From NCBI GenBank assembly GCA_951406725.2, contig OX597814.1, positions 31,000,001-31,064,000 of the forward strand: a stretch of DNA of 64,000 bases, written 5' to 3'. Source of the stretch: Octopus vulgaris (lineage: Eukaryota). The position numbers were made by a program, and so were the translations under genes. The notes under the pieces are model-generated. The model had not been told where the DNA came from. It saw nothing but the letters and a program-made list of their open reading frames with translations, and ran no database searches. Positions 25,961 through 41,758 of this stretch are shown one piece after another. The stretch's first letter is position 1. The number at the start of each line of letters is the position of its first letter.

Positions 25961-27203
25961 AAAAAGGAAAAATTAGTGCATTCTTCTCCGATGCGCATTA
26001 TACAGCAGGTATAAATACACACATATATGGACTTACAAACATAGACGTTATGAGATGACCGTGGACTCTCCTGGCTTCTTCGCATCTTTGAAGGATTTTC
26101 CCTTCCATTTCGCAGGGTATCCATAATAAAACTCCTTCATTCAGCTACAAGGCTTGAAAGGCCTACTGGCCTAAATGCTGATGACCCGAACATACAATAG
26201 GTCGTACAGGGTTACATGTTATTTACACTTAAACGGTGGAAGTCATCAACTGATGCTTAAAAATTTTACATGTATACGGCCATCATCAAAGGAAAGTGAA
26301 TATTTCACGGCACTTGTCGATAATGAGAATTTAATTGTTTTTTATCTGAGAGACTAACTATTTCACATGTTTTTGTATTTATTTAAAGTGAAAATATGTA
26401 TAAAATTTACTATTAAGAAAAAGAGATATTTTTTTCATTTCTCCCCGATTGGCACACATTCATGAAACCCTTTCCCTCGATTTAAGGGTTAATTGTTCTT
26501 ACTAGTAAACTGACAACTTGTAATCTGACAACTAGTAAACTGACAACAAATACTCACTTAAACGCACATACACATTCATGTAAGTAAATTTATCTTCACA
26601 CACACGTATATATGTATGTATGTATATGTACATCTATCTATATAGATATACATATATATACATATGCATATATATATTTATGTGCACCTGTGATTTGTGT
26701 GTGTAGTGCTGTATTCTATTATTAATTATTTAAATTCTTCCTATAAGGAAGAGCTGACTTCTAACAGATACAATGGAATGTAGATGACAAAAGCAAAGTC
26801 ATGTTTTGAACTTAAGAATAGTCTTGCATATTTATGCTGATATATGTGTATGTAAGTATCTAAGTATGCATGCGTGTATTATCTACTTACATATAATCCC
26901 TTTATGAATTTTGAAATATTAAGACTGGAAATAATGGCATATAAACCTCCTGATACCAGAATAAAATCATAATTATCAATAAAATATCATACAAAAGCAA
27001 ATAACAACATAATGTAGAGAAGTAGGAAGAACGGAAGGAAACAACTAATAGCAGATGCTTTCAGCTTCATTTAATTTAAATATCAAATAATTGTAATTAT
27101 ATATTTGTCACTTATATTTTTGGTTTTAGAACTCTTATTTAGGTAAATAAGAAATATAATTTGATTTTTAGCCTCTCCTTGATATAAAAGTATAAAAAAT
27201 ATG

Positions 27204-27238
<35 letters not shown>

Positions 27239-27320
27239 TATAATATATATATATATATATATAGACTATATATATGAATAAATATAAATATAGACATATA
27301 TAATGCACATATATGTATAT

Positions 27321-27399
<79 letters not shown>

Positions 27400-28681
27400 A
27401 ACTATTATTCTTTTGTTTAAAACGCCAAAAGAATAGAATTTGATTTATCAAAAGCATTTTAAAATGTCTTTTTTCTTTGTTTTACACAAATTAATTTTAC
27501 ATTCAAACCAATCGTTTAAACTTGGGTTTAAAGAAGAAAAAAAGAGATGAACAGAAAATACAAAAAAATTAAAAGGAAAAGAACGCAAGACAGGAATATA
27601 TTTATTTCTCTTGAGCACATAACTGTTGAAATTTTGGAATGAATGAATGACAATAAAGATATTTAATGATAATAAGAAAATTCTATTAAAGGAAATATCT
27701 TGGAGATATTATTCTTTTATCATTTGAATATTTAATAAATATCTGTAATTAACAACAAAAACTGCGACACCCGAAATTATAACATAAAAAATGTCAATAA
27801 TTGCTTGTGTTTATGACGAGAGCTGTTTTTAAAAAGCCTTCAGTGAAAATATTTCAGAACTATTTTCATTTTTATTTGATTGTTATTTCATGATTGGAAA
27901 AGAAATTTAATTTTGGGCATGAACGAATATAATTTCTGAAAATGTCATTCTTTCAGGTGAAATCTCTGTTTCCAAAGTAAACTGGTTTAGATGTTAAAGA
28001 TGTTAATAGGTATATTGCATTATATGTACTTGCCGTTTATATCTAATACATAACTTATATAACATTAAGGCTTACATAAGAATGGCATCTATAAAGAATT
28101 AAATTAACTTTTGAAATATTTTTAGCTGCTTTAATTTCATGATTATAGCATACTTATTTGGAAATCAAATCATTTTATAGGGGATATATTTGCTTTTAGT
28201 TGTTAGAGGTATTCAAATTTTTCACCAAATCAAATGTTTACTTTGACTTAATCTATTAATGCCCTTAAGAAAACGATTAAATGTTACATAATCTCAAGAC
28301 CAAAATCAATGTTATTTCAACGTCTGTAATAAACAATATAAGGCGGAAAATAGGCAGAGCTGTTAGGCTGTTAGATGAAATACCTGCTCTCTGAGTTCAA
28401 ATTCCGGTGTAAATTTTGCTTTTTCATCCTTCGTGGATCGATAAAACATTGTAATCGAAGGGTCGTAAATTTGGGAAAGTTTCAGAAAGACAGGCAATAT
28501 AACATGCCGTATTTGTTCCGGGTATTTGAGATCTGAAAGGAACGCCTACGATGGCACTTAAATCAAGCTGTATCGGCCCAACATGGAAACCTTTCTCTTG
28601 GAAATGGGAAACTCGGATGTGTTGGTAACAGCCATTCTTTCCCCAAAGTACACACATAGATACACTCACAGACATTCACAC

Positions 28682-28816
28682 ATTTTATAGACTAGCAGAA
28701 ATTACTTATAGGCATATATTTGCCAATGTTTCCAAAGATAAACGCATTTATCGTTGTAAACATTGGCAAAACATACATTTAAGTTCCTATAAGTAATTTC
28801 TACCAATCTATGAAAT
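28682..28816. repeat. 135-bp fold-back palindrome (MITE-like)
   Basis: agaaattacttatagg/cctataagtaatttct, tttgccaatgttt/aaacattggcaaa, gataaa-cgca-tttatc. Confidence 0.8.
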
Positions 28817-29199
28817 TCGACTTTAACCGTCTTCTTACATTTAATTTCCACTACATATATCTATTTCCACGCTTTTAAGCTTTGTTTCCATTCATCTCTC
28901 ACACTATATTTCTTCACTCTTAATTTTCTGTTAATATATTTCCTTTCTTCTCCTCTAAATTACCCTTGACGTTAAATCTGTCAACGGTTTTTTTTTTAAA
29001 GATAACTTGCCAGCGTTCTCTTTCATCATATACACAGTAATCACATTCAATGAAAATGGCTTATTGATGTGTTTTGCTTCTCTTATGTTCCCTAAGAAGA
29101 TGATTGCATTGTTTTACCTCATTTTTATTCTCTCCGAAATAATTTCAATGCTTTTTTCGAAGCATATGCTGGAAGTATAAATGACTTGAATAACACCTT

Positions 29200-30060
29200 C
29201 GTTTGACTCTATTTCTTAATTTATCTATATGATACAAAAACATTTCACTCAACCCTGGAATTTCTACCTTTATTAGTAGGCTGTAACATATCCATATTTT
29301 TCCGTCCAAATTATTTTGTGGACTGTGGAATAAATGATAATCAGACGACGCAAAGTCCGGCGATATGGTGGGTGGAGTATCGTTTCCCATTCAAACTACT
29401 CCAGCCTTTGGAAGGTCGTCCACGCTGTATGTAGCCGAGCATTATTCTGATGAAAGAACACCTTTCGTCTTGAAAGCAAAGATGGTCGTTTTTCTTCTAG
29501 CGCTGTTTTAAGCCGCTCAAGCTGCTCGCAGTAGATCTTCTTTGTTGTCGTTTAGTTTGGGTTTAAAAGTTCTAAGTGGACCAAACCTTTCATATCCCAA
29601 CAGATAAGAACACCTTATGTAGGCGAAAACCTCCTTTAGCCTACGGTGCCGGTGTTTCTCCTTTGCCTCCCCAGTGTCTTCGGTGCTTGATATTTTCATA
29701 GAGAACTCATTTCTCGTCACCAGTCACTATTTGGTCAACGAAATATTCATTCCTGAGACATGACAGCAAAGAAGAGCACACATTAACTCTCTGTGCGCGA
29801 TTAGACTAGGAAAATTTGTGAGGAACCCATTAACCCAATTTGATGAATTTTCCGATGGCACGCAGGTGTCGATGAATGGGTTAATGACTAAAGCTAAGAT
29901 TTTCTGCTAGTTGCTCAACTGTTACGATGAGGTTTTGTTTTACCAGGGTTTGCAAGACGTCCTTATCGAGCTCTATAGATCTTCCAGGACGAGACTCTCC
30001 TAGACTGTAGTTTCCAGCTCGAAATTTCTGGAATCGCCGTTGACACTGGCAGGTTGATGC
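29200..30060 (-). pseudogene. Decayed mariner (DD34D) transposase
   Basis: Minus-strand motifs appear in order: WVP (about 29825), VTGDEK (about 29715), HQNNAR (about 29445), HPP.SPDFASSDYHLF (29335-29380). Confidence 0.85.
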
Positions 30061-30559
30061 AGGTAGCTTATCCTGTACCCCTCCGACTTTAGCATATGCA
30101 ATAAAAAAAACCTATTATTTATGGGATGACACAATATATATACTCACACAATTATTTATACATATGTACATGTGTATATATATATATATTATGTATATAT
30201 GCATAAATGCATTAACCTCTATGTGTCTATGCCTGTGTGTGTGTGTCGAATCTAAATAATAGGGAAGAAATATATACCAACACAAGATACATATGCGATG
30301 AGACCGTAGTACAATGCAGTAGAGTAAGATGGGGATGCTAACCAACATTCAAAGGGGAACAACGCTAGAAAATCCTTCACAGGTATGGAAATTAAAGAAC
30401 GAACCGCCAGAAAGAGCAGCACTGAAATTAATATCCGTGAGGAATTCAGAAATAATACCGGACCGGAAGTAGGAAGAAAAGGAGAGATTTTTTGTGAAGT
30501 AAATGACGCAATAAATAATACAAATAGAAAAAACAAGTGTATGCAACTGTGCAAGAAAT

Positions 30560-30935
30560 AAGATATGCCCATTGCATTTAAGATGTAAAACTAGGAACCT
30601 TGGAAGTTAGAGAATACTTTTATATAGGTACCAGCTTTCTGTCTTTCGGAAAAAGAGTGGCCAGTCATTTAAATTCCTTTAGAGATAGAAAAAATATTAA
30701 TATAAGCCTAAGTAAACTAATTTGGTCAATTAAAAACAAAAACAATAGCTATTCTTTCGATTCGGAACTAATTAGTACTACTAAGCCTTATCAATTAGAG
30801 GGAAATAGATGCGACCTCTGCGTAGAGGAGTTTTACCAAATATTTACATCAAAACACGCATTAGTTTATACAAGACACGAACAAGCCTTGAGATGTTTAC
30901 ACAGGCACATACTGACCTTTAAGAGATATAGATAA
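30560..30935 (+). pseudogene. Penelope-like GIY-YIG endonuclease fragment
   Basis: YFYIGTSFLSFGKRVASHLNSF...LSKLIWSIK...PYQLEGNRCDLCVEE...CLHRH. Confidence 0.8.
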
Positions 30936-31687
30936 TTGTAGATAGCCAACGCCCCAGCAAGAATTATGCTTAATATAATTAATAGTAGTAACATAACGTA
31001 AAAATAAAACTAATTTAATAACAATCGTTAATGAAAAGAACAAATACCCTACACAATATGCAACACCAATAAAGAAGCAACGCAATCAAAAAATGAATGT
31101 AAACAAACAAGTACCATTCAATAAAAATGTTACACTCGAAGAGCCTAACAAAAACAACCTTTTTGACCTAATCCTATTTTAAGAACTAGACCAAACTTTG
31201 GACAGCGACTGGGGTAAAGGTGAGGCCAACAACACATACCTAGAACTAACAATATCCCAATTTCCCCACAGAACACTAAATAACGAAAATTTACTTCAAC
31301 CAGTTCGCATATAGGATATCTAAATCAACGAACCCTGATTCTGTTGCCTGCACCAATAATATTGGATTCATTTGCAACAGTGGGTAGTCGCTGCAGCGGA
31401 AAAACGTGTAGGTCATTATGAAATGCAGTATATAACTATAAAATAAATTCTGCGGATGTATAAGTCTCTATACTCATTATTACTATTGACATCATTTTAT
31501 TCCAGACAACTTTTTTTACGTCCAACATAGAGTATACAGAATTACTCACCAGAATTATTTACGGATTGACTAACAACTAAATGTAGACACAGACGTTGAA
31601 TACTGATCGTTGTGGCAAGCCGTCAACTGGAATCCAACTGAGAGCTAATGCGTTATCCGTCCGGATAATATATCCCTCCAAACGCAC

Positions 31688-31765
<78 letters not shown>

Positions 31766-31904
31766 GTGTGTATGTTTATATATAGATACATTGAAATGTC
31801 TATATAACAAGCACATACACACATGCTATCAAAATTCCTTCTGTCAATCTATCTTTATTTCTACCTATGTATGCATACTCGTACATATACATGTTTATAC
31901 ATGT

Positions 31905-31945
<41 letters not shown>

Positions 31946-33629
31946 TACATATATATATAGTATAGGTATGTATACATTTATAAATAGTATACGTATGTAT
32001 ATATATAAATGTTATACGTATGTGTGTATATATATATATATATATATGCGCATGTGTACCTACATGTATGTTTGTGTGTGCATCTATATGTGTGTTCTAT
32101 ATCTCATTTGGTATTTATGTGTATGTGTTCACGGGTTTATGTGAAAGCATGTTTTGTGTGTGTATAAAAAAGTATTGAAACACCGGAGATGAATGCAAAC
32201 GTTTGTTTTATCTAATATGTTTGTGAATACATGCAAACATGACAAAATTTATTTGTGGATGTAAAATAACACAAAATTACGTTAGAAATTAAAGAAATAT
32301 TTAACATGGAAATTTCTTGAGTTTTCTTTTCTTCTTCCTTGTTAATTTGTTGTTTTTTTTTCATTTTATTATTAATACTATATATTTCACTATGTATTCC
32401 TAAATAGAATGAATGGTAATATTAACAGAAATTTAATAAAAAAAAAATGAATTTGTGAAAAGATAAATTGAGGAAACAAGAACAACAAGGAGAACACCGA
32501 GGTAGCACGAAGTATTTATATTTTGTTTTCATATTTTCAATCCAATTTATATTCTATTTATATTTTCTATTCTCTCCTTCACTCTTCGCCGTTCCAATGA
32601 ATGGATGTTTGCGTATTAGCTCAGATACAGACTAAAGAAAAAGATAAATGTTTCTTTACCGTCTTTAATTCGTTGGTCACGTACAACGTAAAAATCTTGC
32701 TGATTTCATAAAAGAAATTCTATTTTCAAGACAAAAGTTCCCTTGAATGGTAAAAGAAACACAAAGTTTCCAAAGAGTAATTATTAGTAATGAATGCCAC
32801 AAGAAATAGTCAAAATTTTAAAAATTATATCGCAAGCTCTTTAAAAAAAAATATACATAAAGCAAGTAGAAAGTGAAGGAGAGAATAGAAGAGAGGAAAA
32901 CTAATCACTGAGTGAGTAGAAAGGGAAATTAGATAAGATAGAAAATAACTAAGAATTTCAAAGAGGGAAAGAAATATTAATAGAATAACTAGAAATGATA
33001 CCAATACGAGATAAACACGAACAGAGAAAAAGAATTCAGAGAAAATGCATGAAAATATTATTTAAAAAATAGGCTTCTCAATGCAGGAAAGATGTAATTT
33101 AATTTGTTTTCTAATGTTTTTGGCATTATTTTATAAACAAATATTTTTTCCAATGACTAACCAATTAGAAGATTTATTTTTATGCCGCAAACTTTATAGA
33201 AGAATACTAAATATACATTATTACTCTTCAAAACTAAAGTCATATCCTGTTTAGGCATTTGTTGTCATATATATTTCATGAAGCATAAATAGTTGGTTTT
33301 TCGATTCTTTTGCGGCTGTTTGATAAATATTTCTAGAAATTATTGCCCCAAAATCAAAAGTCTGAGACGTGAAGAGCGCTTTATTGCAAGTGTCGAGCAA
33401 CTCACAAAATGACCCGTGTGGTGCAGTCTCAATTTCTAGCCGAAGGTATTTAATTTACATAGCTATTATAATTTTTTATACTTTGGTGAAGATATGAATG
33501 TCACACGCTCTGATCTACATTCTACAAAAATCTCACTTCTTTGTATCTCATGAAAAGAAACTCATATTAATATTAAAGTCTTATGGAGGCCTTGTACCAA
33601 AATTTGGAACCAAATATTAAAGTTTTATG

Positions 33630-34420
33630 AAAGGCGGCAAGCTACCAGATTCATTTGCAGGCTAGGAAAAGTGCATAGCGACATTTCGTCCGTCTTTAAT
33701 TTCTGAGTTCATTCCGCCGAACTTGGCTTTGCCTTTCATACACTTGGGGTCGATAAAATATGTACCAGTTGAGCAGTGGGTGGATGTAATCGACTTCCTC
33801 TCTTCCCCGAAATTGCTGGCCTTGTGCCATAATTTGAAACCAGTCGATTAGATCAACCCCAGTACGCAACTGGTGCTTAAGTGTTCGACCACGAAAGGAT
33901 GAAAGGTAAAGTCGACTTTGGCGGAATTTGAACACAGAACGTAAAGACAGACGAAATACCTATTTCTTTATTACCCACAAGAGACTAAACATAGAGGGGA
34001 CAAACAAGGACAGACAGGTAATAAGTCGATTACATCGACCCCAGTGCGGAACTGGTACTTATTTAATCGACCCCGAAAGCATGAAAGGCAAAGTCGTCCT
34101 TGGCGGAATTTGAACTCACAACGTAACAGCAGACGAAATACCTATTTCTTTACTACCCACAAGGGGCTAAACACAGAGAGGACAAACAAGGACAGACAAA
34201 CGGATTAAGTCGGTTATATCGACCCCAGTGTGTAACTGATACTTATTTAATCGACCCCGAAAGGATGAAAGGCAAAGTCGACCTCGGCAGAATTTGAACT
34301 CAGAACGTAGCGCAGACGAAATACTGCTAAGCATTTCGCCCGACGTGCTAACGTTTCTGCCAGTTGGCCGCCTTAACGTAAAGACAGACGAAATACCGCT
34401 AAGCATTTCGCCCGGCGTGC
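33630..34420. mobile_element. Cluster of a second tRNA-derived SINE family (OR1-like, Nin-type central domain): one + copy then several nested - fragments
   Basis: Repeated tcgaccccgaaaggatgaaaggcaaagtcgacctcggcagaatttgaactcagaacgta, the reverse complement of 46135-46310. Confidence 0.8.
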
Positions 34421-35844
34421 TAAGGCTTTATATTAAAGCTTTATGTATCGCTATGATAGCCTTCTTAATTTATTGCATGTGCTATTTCTTAATTAAGGCA
34501 GTTCAGCTTTTTCTATTTAAAGACAATTAGTTTACCTCGGATTGTCTATCATCAGCAGTTTCCTAAACTTCCAATAGGCTCTCGTTGTTTCGCAGCTGAT
34601 CGTTGTGAATTCAGTATTTACGTTGCTTCAAATAATAGTACCTAACTTTTCGAACTTCTTTACGGGGTCTGTTGACGTTCTTTATGAGAGATGACATCCA
34701 TTTTGGTTGTATGTTAGTCATTCTGTCGATTTTTGTTATTTTCATCTTTTGGTGAATGGTAATTGCAATACAATACAGCAAATAATTCGGTGTCTAAAGG
34801 CTCGAAACTTCCATTTTACATATGTTCGTTAGTACCCGGCTAAATCACTGATAATATCAAGTCAATAGTTTTCTTATTGATTCGTGTCATAGTGCTTCCA
34901 TTTGAGCGCTATCGACATACACAGTTCTTTATCAATATAAGAACTGCATTTAGATTTTGCCTCTCTCACACATTTCTTTATGTATGTAAGAGACTACCGC
35001 AAGCTCTTGAAAAAAACCGTAATCCTGTTTCAGAGTTGTTGCTATCGCTTTCGTTTTGTTTGTCTTTATGTCTTGAGCAACTTTACTGGAGCACAGTTCC
35101 TCCTGGAGTATTGGAATTATTATTTACTACATTTTTTCATGCTTGATTCAACTTAAGTAGAGCAGCAGTTTTCTTATTAACGAAATGAACGTTTTGGTAA
35201 AATCAATTTTCATTGACATGTGAATAGTTGGGACAGTTTACATCTCAATGGCTCTTCACCCCTTTCATGTAACTAAGGAATCTTTCCTCACCAACTTTTG
35301 TAGAATTGATACAAGTCTTGATTCACTTCAAAATCTTGTAGAATTACTCTTGATAGATCCACGTCTTGGGGTCTAGAATGCCGGACTGACACGGTAAACT
35401 GTTTCTTTGCACAAGTCTTCTCAGAAATAATTTTTGCGGCATTTGATTCCTGCATCCACAGAGGACATATATTCTTTATAGGCTGAATCTTCTGGAAACA
35501 AAATATTTGCATTTTATAATTGAACTTTGTCAGGATAATGACAAAACATTGCAAAATGTTAAAGTAAATTTTGGACTTTCATGTTATTGATATAAATTTC
35601 TAATTATATCAATTACAAAAGGATTGATGAAAAAGCTAAGTGATTAAAGAATGAATAATAGTTGAGGAAAATGCTAAATAAGTAAAGCATCACTTTAACT
35701 TAAAGGAATTTGAGTTTTCTTTTAAATAACATAACTTCAATTTATCCAAGTTCTAAGTTGTGCAGTGACATTCTTTTAACCACATCTGCTCATAGTTTTT
35801 ACGCACACACTCACTGACATATACACAAACACACACACAAACAC

Positions 35845-35914
<70 letters not shown>

Positions 35915-38294
35915 GTAAATATACACCTATAGCTGTCCTATTATTCACAAATTAACAACAGCAGTAACAAATGGTTAATCAAATGAAAGACTAAAAAGTA
36001 TTTTAGTAGATGAAAGTATTTCGCGCGTTAAAATATCCTACATATATTTCCTTACATTTTCTTTAAATGCAAGGAATCCTTACAAATAAGATATCATTTA
36101 CTACATATTTTGAGACCTTGAAGCTGTGAGTATATAATCTAATAATTTATTTATATGTTACTTTTAGAAAATAGAATTGTAACAATAACAACTGTAGGAC
36201 TATAAAATAAATATTCCATTAAACGTAATTGTATATACATATATGTTTATATGTACATAAACCTGATATTTTCTTTAATTTATAGTACGTGTTTATTTTG
36301 AAAGGTTGTTTAAAGAATATTTCACTGGAGGGTATTGTATGACCTTTCTGTATTCTAGAGATGTGGATATTCATGATCCCTTATTGAGGCTTCTATGAAG
36401 CACTTAACACTACTTACCATTCTGTTGAGATGTAGGTAGACATAGGGAGGAGAAACTAAAATTTCTGATGAATATGTCTTTTAAATATAGGAACTTAGAG
36501 ATGTTAACAAATGTGGGGAAAACAGTATTTTACTGAGAATCGAAACCTGGATCTTACCGGTTCATTACTAAGCCCAGTTAATTTCTGCAAATGAATTGTT
36601 TATTAACTAGGTGATTAACTGATTAAAGAATTCCTTCAATTTTATTGACTCTTCGGGTTTAAGCTTTTGAACACTTAACACAACTCTCTTAATGTTTCTT
36701 TTAGGTAGTTTAGAAATAAAGCACTCGAAAGACAGGTAACTTTCTTCAAATAATTTGTTCCGTCTAATCGATTATATCCAGCCCCGCAAATTTGAAACTT
36801 TTGTCTGTGTTAATAATCAATATTATATTGTCATATGAGTGTGTATATTAAGAGAATCGATAAAGAATTGAACAAAATACCACGTGGCACTTAAGTACGA
36901 TCCTTTACGATTCAACTTCTATTCCCCGTGAGGTAAACTCGGCCTTCTATCCTTCTAGGACATATAAAATGAATCAACTGTCTAGCAGTATCGTTGATTT
37001 AATCGACTATACTCCTCTCACCCATGCCTATGTTATGTTGTTACATACGCCGCACAATGTTTAAGTGAAATATCTACATCCTGGGTTAAGTTTAAATTTC
37101 ATTACTCCTGGCTTGCTCGAATAAAAATGGCAATTATGCACATTACATAGGATCACTTGCTCCGTCCATTTCCAAATATCTTTGTTGCATGAGTACTGTA
37201 ACCTGTAAGAATGTCTTAAACAATGCTAATACCACAAAAATTATGGATATAAACGTTTTAGTCTTTTCCCACTGCTAAACGTGACAGGTTGGCGCAGAAT
37301 CAATTGCTGGTTTGATCATCATCTTCGAGCAATTTTACTGCAGCCCAGAACAATGTTTATTTAACGAAATAACTAGCATTAGAATCTCTACATTTTTGGC
37401 AATAAGAAACCCGTCTATTTACTCTGTGAGCATAGAATTCTGAAGTCTAAGAAACAACGATTTCGTCGAAGGCATTTCAATCATTGCTTGATTGTTGAAG
37501 ACATGTATGAAGTTAGGTTGCCTTATAGAAGCTATTGTTCCTCATATACCGTAATATTATCAAGAAATGAGTCGTTTTCTTTACAAAAAATTAAACACAC
37601 AACAGACTTTGTAACTACAGTTTATAAAATTTTAGTTCAGCTTGCATGATATCCAACTATCAAGAAGTTTAAACGTGCCACAATTAGACCAATTCTGAAT
37701 AAATTTTGAATAATGAATATCTAATCCATTCTGCAAACTTTTTATTTTTTTGGTTATTTTGTATAAATGAGCTTCATTGATAACCCCCAAATCGCAATCG
37801 CTGAATGTCATACGTAACCTGTATCATCTAAGAGGGCTTTCGACATAATTATAAAACTTTTACAACCATTCTTAATCTTATTTGATAACCTTCTTTGCTA
37901 CTTTTGTTGGCACACTTGTGGTCAAATTCTTGATTGTTTTGCTTGTGGATTCCACCGTATTTTTGAACAATTTTTTTTTAAACAATATAATAGAATTCCT
38001 ATTTTTGAACCGTACATTTGAAAATGTTCCTCTTTTCCTATAGTTACTTTGACAACCTAAAGAAAAATAATTAACGCAATTTAAAATAAAGAACAATTAA
38101 CGCAAAGCCATTAGCAGCAATCAATATTTCGAAATCTGCGAATTATAAAAATAAATAAATAAATAAATAAAAGATAAGGCATCTTTCTCGAGCCCTTCTC
38201 CCAGTTTCTGTGGCATCTACATATTTACTCGCAGGACGGGACGCCGGTTTGTCGCTGGGTCACTGTTTTAGCGGCTGAGTGGGCTGAAGTAACG

Positions 38295-38340
<46 letters not shown>

Positions 38341-38564
38341 AGCACACACATATGTCTATACACACACACACATATCTATATATACATATATATTCTCATA
38401 TATATACATATATATACACACATATATATATGTATATATATATATGTATACATATATATATATATATATTTATATATATATGTTTTTTTGTCCGTGTTTT
38501 TTGTATCATCTTCTAAGTGTTTTGCGTTCTTGTCCCAGTTTGTATTTTTTTCTACATATATAAT

Positions 38565-38625
<61 letters not shown>

Positions 38626-38728
38626 TATGCATTGTACATTTAAACACATAAGAGATATATAATCGGACATCGAAACCGCTAGAAGGATTAGTTTCTAGAT
38701 AATATTTTACTACCCTAAAATTTATTAA

Positions 38729-38842
<114 letters not shown>

Positions 38843-39091
38843 TCATATGAGAAAAAGGAAAGGTAAAGAAAAAGGAGGCAAAAGAGAGTGAAATGAAATT
38901 TATTATTTTTTCGGGGGTGGAACTCAAATACCAAATTGCTTAGGTATTGTGTTTCCATTTCTCTAGATTTTGAGTCCTTTGTGTGACAAATAGTAAAATG
39001 TAATTTGTTTTAAGTTGTCAGCTAAAAAGAACCATGCTATAAACTCCAGTTCTCTCTCTCTCTCTATATATATGTATATATACATATATAT

Positions 39092-39146
<55 letters not shown>

Positions 39147-39870
39147 TATATGTAGTAATATTCATATATGTATATCTACCTATATTTATATTCGCACATG
39201 CATAATATATTAGGTCGCGCGCGCACACACACAAACTCACGCACATGCACACACACGTGTATGTATGTGTGTATGCATACATATATTCATGTAAAGATAG
39301 TAGATAAGTAGATTCAGAAAGATAAAGAGATAGCAAAAAAAAGAAGATATAGAGAGAAAAGCGAAAGGATACTTAAATAGATATTTAGTAGAGAAACAGT
39401 TGGTGATTGAAAGTGTCTGTAATCTCTGCATTTAACAGGTTTTTTCGTCCATCAACGATTTTCACGTGTTTATTCTATCATGTGGTGGTTCTTACAGTAA
39501 TTACTGATACCCATATTTCAAATAAAATATCACGTGTTGTATAATATAATATACAGTTTGAAATTTACACATTTACAAAAGAACCTATGTGATATCGTTT
39601 CTCAAATTTTAAAGATGAGTCAGAAACTGAAATAACATAATCGATCCGTGTAGCTTGCTAATATGTTAAGTAGTATTCTCTAATGGCCACAGGGAAAATA
39701 CAATTTATTTTACTTACATGCCATTTTGAATTGTATTTTGCTGTACTTTAAATTTACAAAAGCAATGTTCGTTGGGCGTCTAAACAAAATATTTTATGTA
39801 TTCTTTAAAGATAAACTATCTTCTTTAAACTATCACGCAACATAAATAAATAAATAACTAAATAAATAAA

Positions 39871-39953
<83 letters not shown>

Positions 39954-40759
39954 ACAATCTTTGACAAGCAGTACTCGAAGAAATTCTGTGGTTATGTTTT
40001 TAAAAAACTGTGTCATTAAAATTATTGAAGATGTGCTGGAGCTAAAATGTATATTAGGAAATGTTTTAAGTTATCTTAAGTGTGGATGGATATCCAAGAT
40101 ACAAATTGCCTATATTATTTTGCTACGGTACGCCTACACTGGGAACCCATCAACAAATATAAATATATTGTACTACGTTTGTATTTTCATATAAGAGAAA
40201 CGTGCATATGTTCTCTACGTAAACCAGCAGTTAAGAGGGACGAAGTAGAGTAGCTAACGTACTAAACCCTCTCGGCTTGTCGGTGCCCTACATCCACAGT
40301 CTCTGATGTCTGAGGATAAAGAAGGTGTATAAGGATAAAGAAGTTCTGTCGACCTCTCTTCGAAGTTAGCACTCATTATGCTATGAAATGTGTACTTGCG
40401 GAAAAATCGAAAGCAGCCTTGAACTTCAGGGCTCTGGTATTGTCATTTAGCACAGCTGTTGCTACCATCTTTTTTCCCCATTTTACCTTTAATGTTGAGG
40501 AGCACCTGAAGCCCTTTTCTTTTAACAACCGCTGAGCAGTTTGTCCTATCTTCTCCAGAATTAATAATGCATACTTCCGAGAAAGGTTTATGGTCGTCCA
40601 GATACATGACGGGGAGGGGGAGCTGGTTGTGCACGCAAACCCTCACAGCATCGGTTTTTGCTCCTGAACAAAGACGAGATCGTAAGTACTTTGGCACGAT
40701 TACATTTACGAACAAACGGTCTAAATAGAGACCTATTTCTCTAACTTTCGCATATAATC

Positions 40760-40899
40760 TCAGGCATAACTGTGTGGCAAGAAGCTTGCTTCCCAGTGAC
40801 ACGAATCCGGGTTCAGTCCCACTGCATGGCAACAAGTATCTTTTACTTATACTCTCGGGTCAACCAAAGCCTTGTGAGTGGATTTGGTAAGCGGAAACT

Positions 40900-40900
<1 letters not shown>
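40760..40900 (+). mobile_element. Octopod SINE 5' half
   Basis: ctgtgtggcaagaagcttgcttcc...gggttcagtcccactgc...gccttgtgagtggatttggta. Confidence 0.75.
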
Positions 40901-40942
<42 letters not shown>

Positions 40943-41317
40943 TTTGAGGTGAGGTTTTAGGAGATATAATTAATGTCAGTGCTTGTCTGGTACTTTGTTT
41001 TATGGACTCCGGAAAGACGAAATGCAAAGTTGACCTCAGTGGAATTTCAACACAGAATTTGGTGAGAGGTCACAATACTACCATGCATTGATACGACAGT
41101 TAATTTTATTCTGCTATATCCATTGCATAATTTGGTGTTGGTACAATTGAAATATTACACAGCCACTTTTGTAAAGCATCTAGATATATATTGTTACATT
41201 TAGACCTGAGCAATATTTAGACCTATAAATTTTGTAAGAGTATTGTTACAGTGCATTTGTTAGCCTTATACATTTGCATGCGTCTGAAAAAATAATTGGA
41301 TTTAAAATAACTACTAG

Positions 41318-41478
41318 GCGTAGGAGTGGCTGTGTGGTAAGTAGCTTGCTTACGAACCACATTTTCCGGGTTCATTCCTTCTGCGTAGCACCTTGGGTAA
41401 GTGTCTTCTACTATAGCCACGGGCTGACCAAAGCCTTGTGTGAGTGGATTTGGTAGAGGGAAACTGAAAGAAGCCCGT

Positions 41479-41518
<40 letters not shown>

Positions 41519-41758
41519 TATATATGTGTGTGTTTATATGTTTGTGTGTCTGTGTTTGTCCCCCAACATCGCTTGACAACCGATGCTGGTGTGTTTACGT
41601 CCCCGTAACTTAGCGGTTCGGCAAAAAGAGACCGATAGAATAAGTACTAGGCTTACAAAGAATAAGTCCTGGGGTCGATTTGCTCGACTAAAGGCGGTGC
41701 TCCAGCATGGCCACAGTCACATGACTGAAACAAATAAAAGAGTAAAAGAGTAAAGAGT
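41318..41758 (+). mobile_element. Full-length octopod tRNA-derived SINE (OK/OR-type)
   Basis: tRNA-like head with A/B boxes, internal (TA)(TG) tract and (taaaagag)n tail; about 10 related copies in the window. Confidence 0.85.

Noticed and set aside
27957-28009. Exon-like segment (ttctttcag|...ag|gtatat)
   Set aside because: It has stops in all three frames and no neighbouring exons. It could only be non-coding and is unsupported.
41318-41390. tRNA gene calls at SINE heads
   Set aside because: A and B boxes are present, but they continue into SINE bodies and do not form full cloverleaves.
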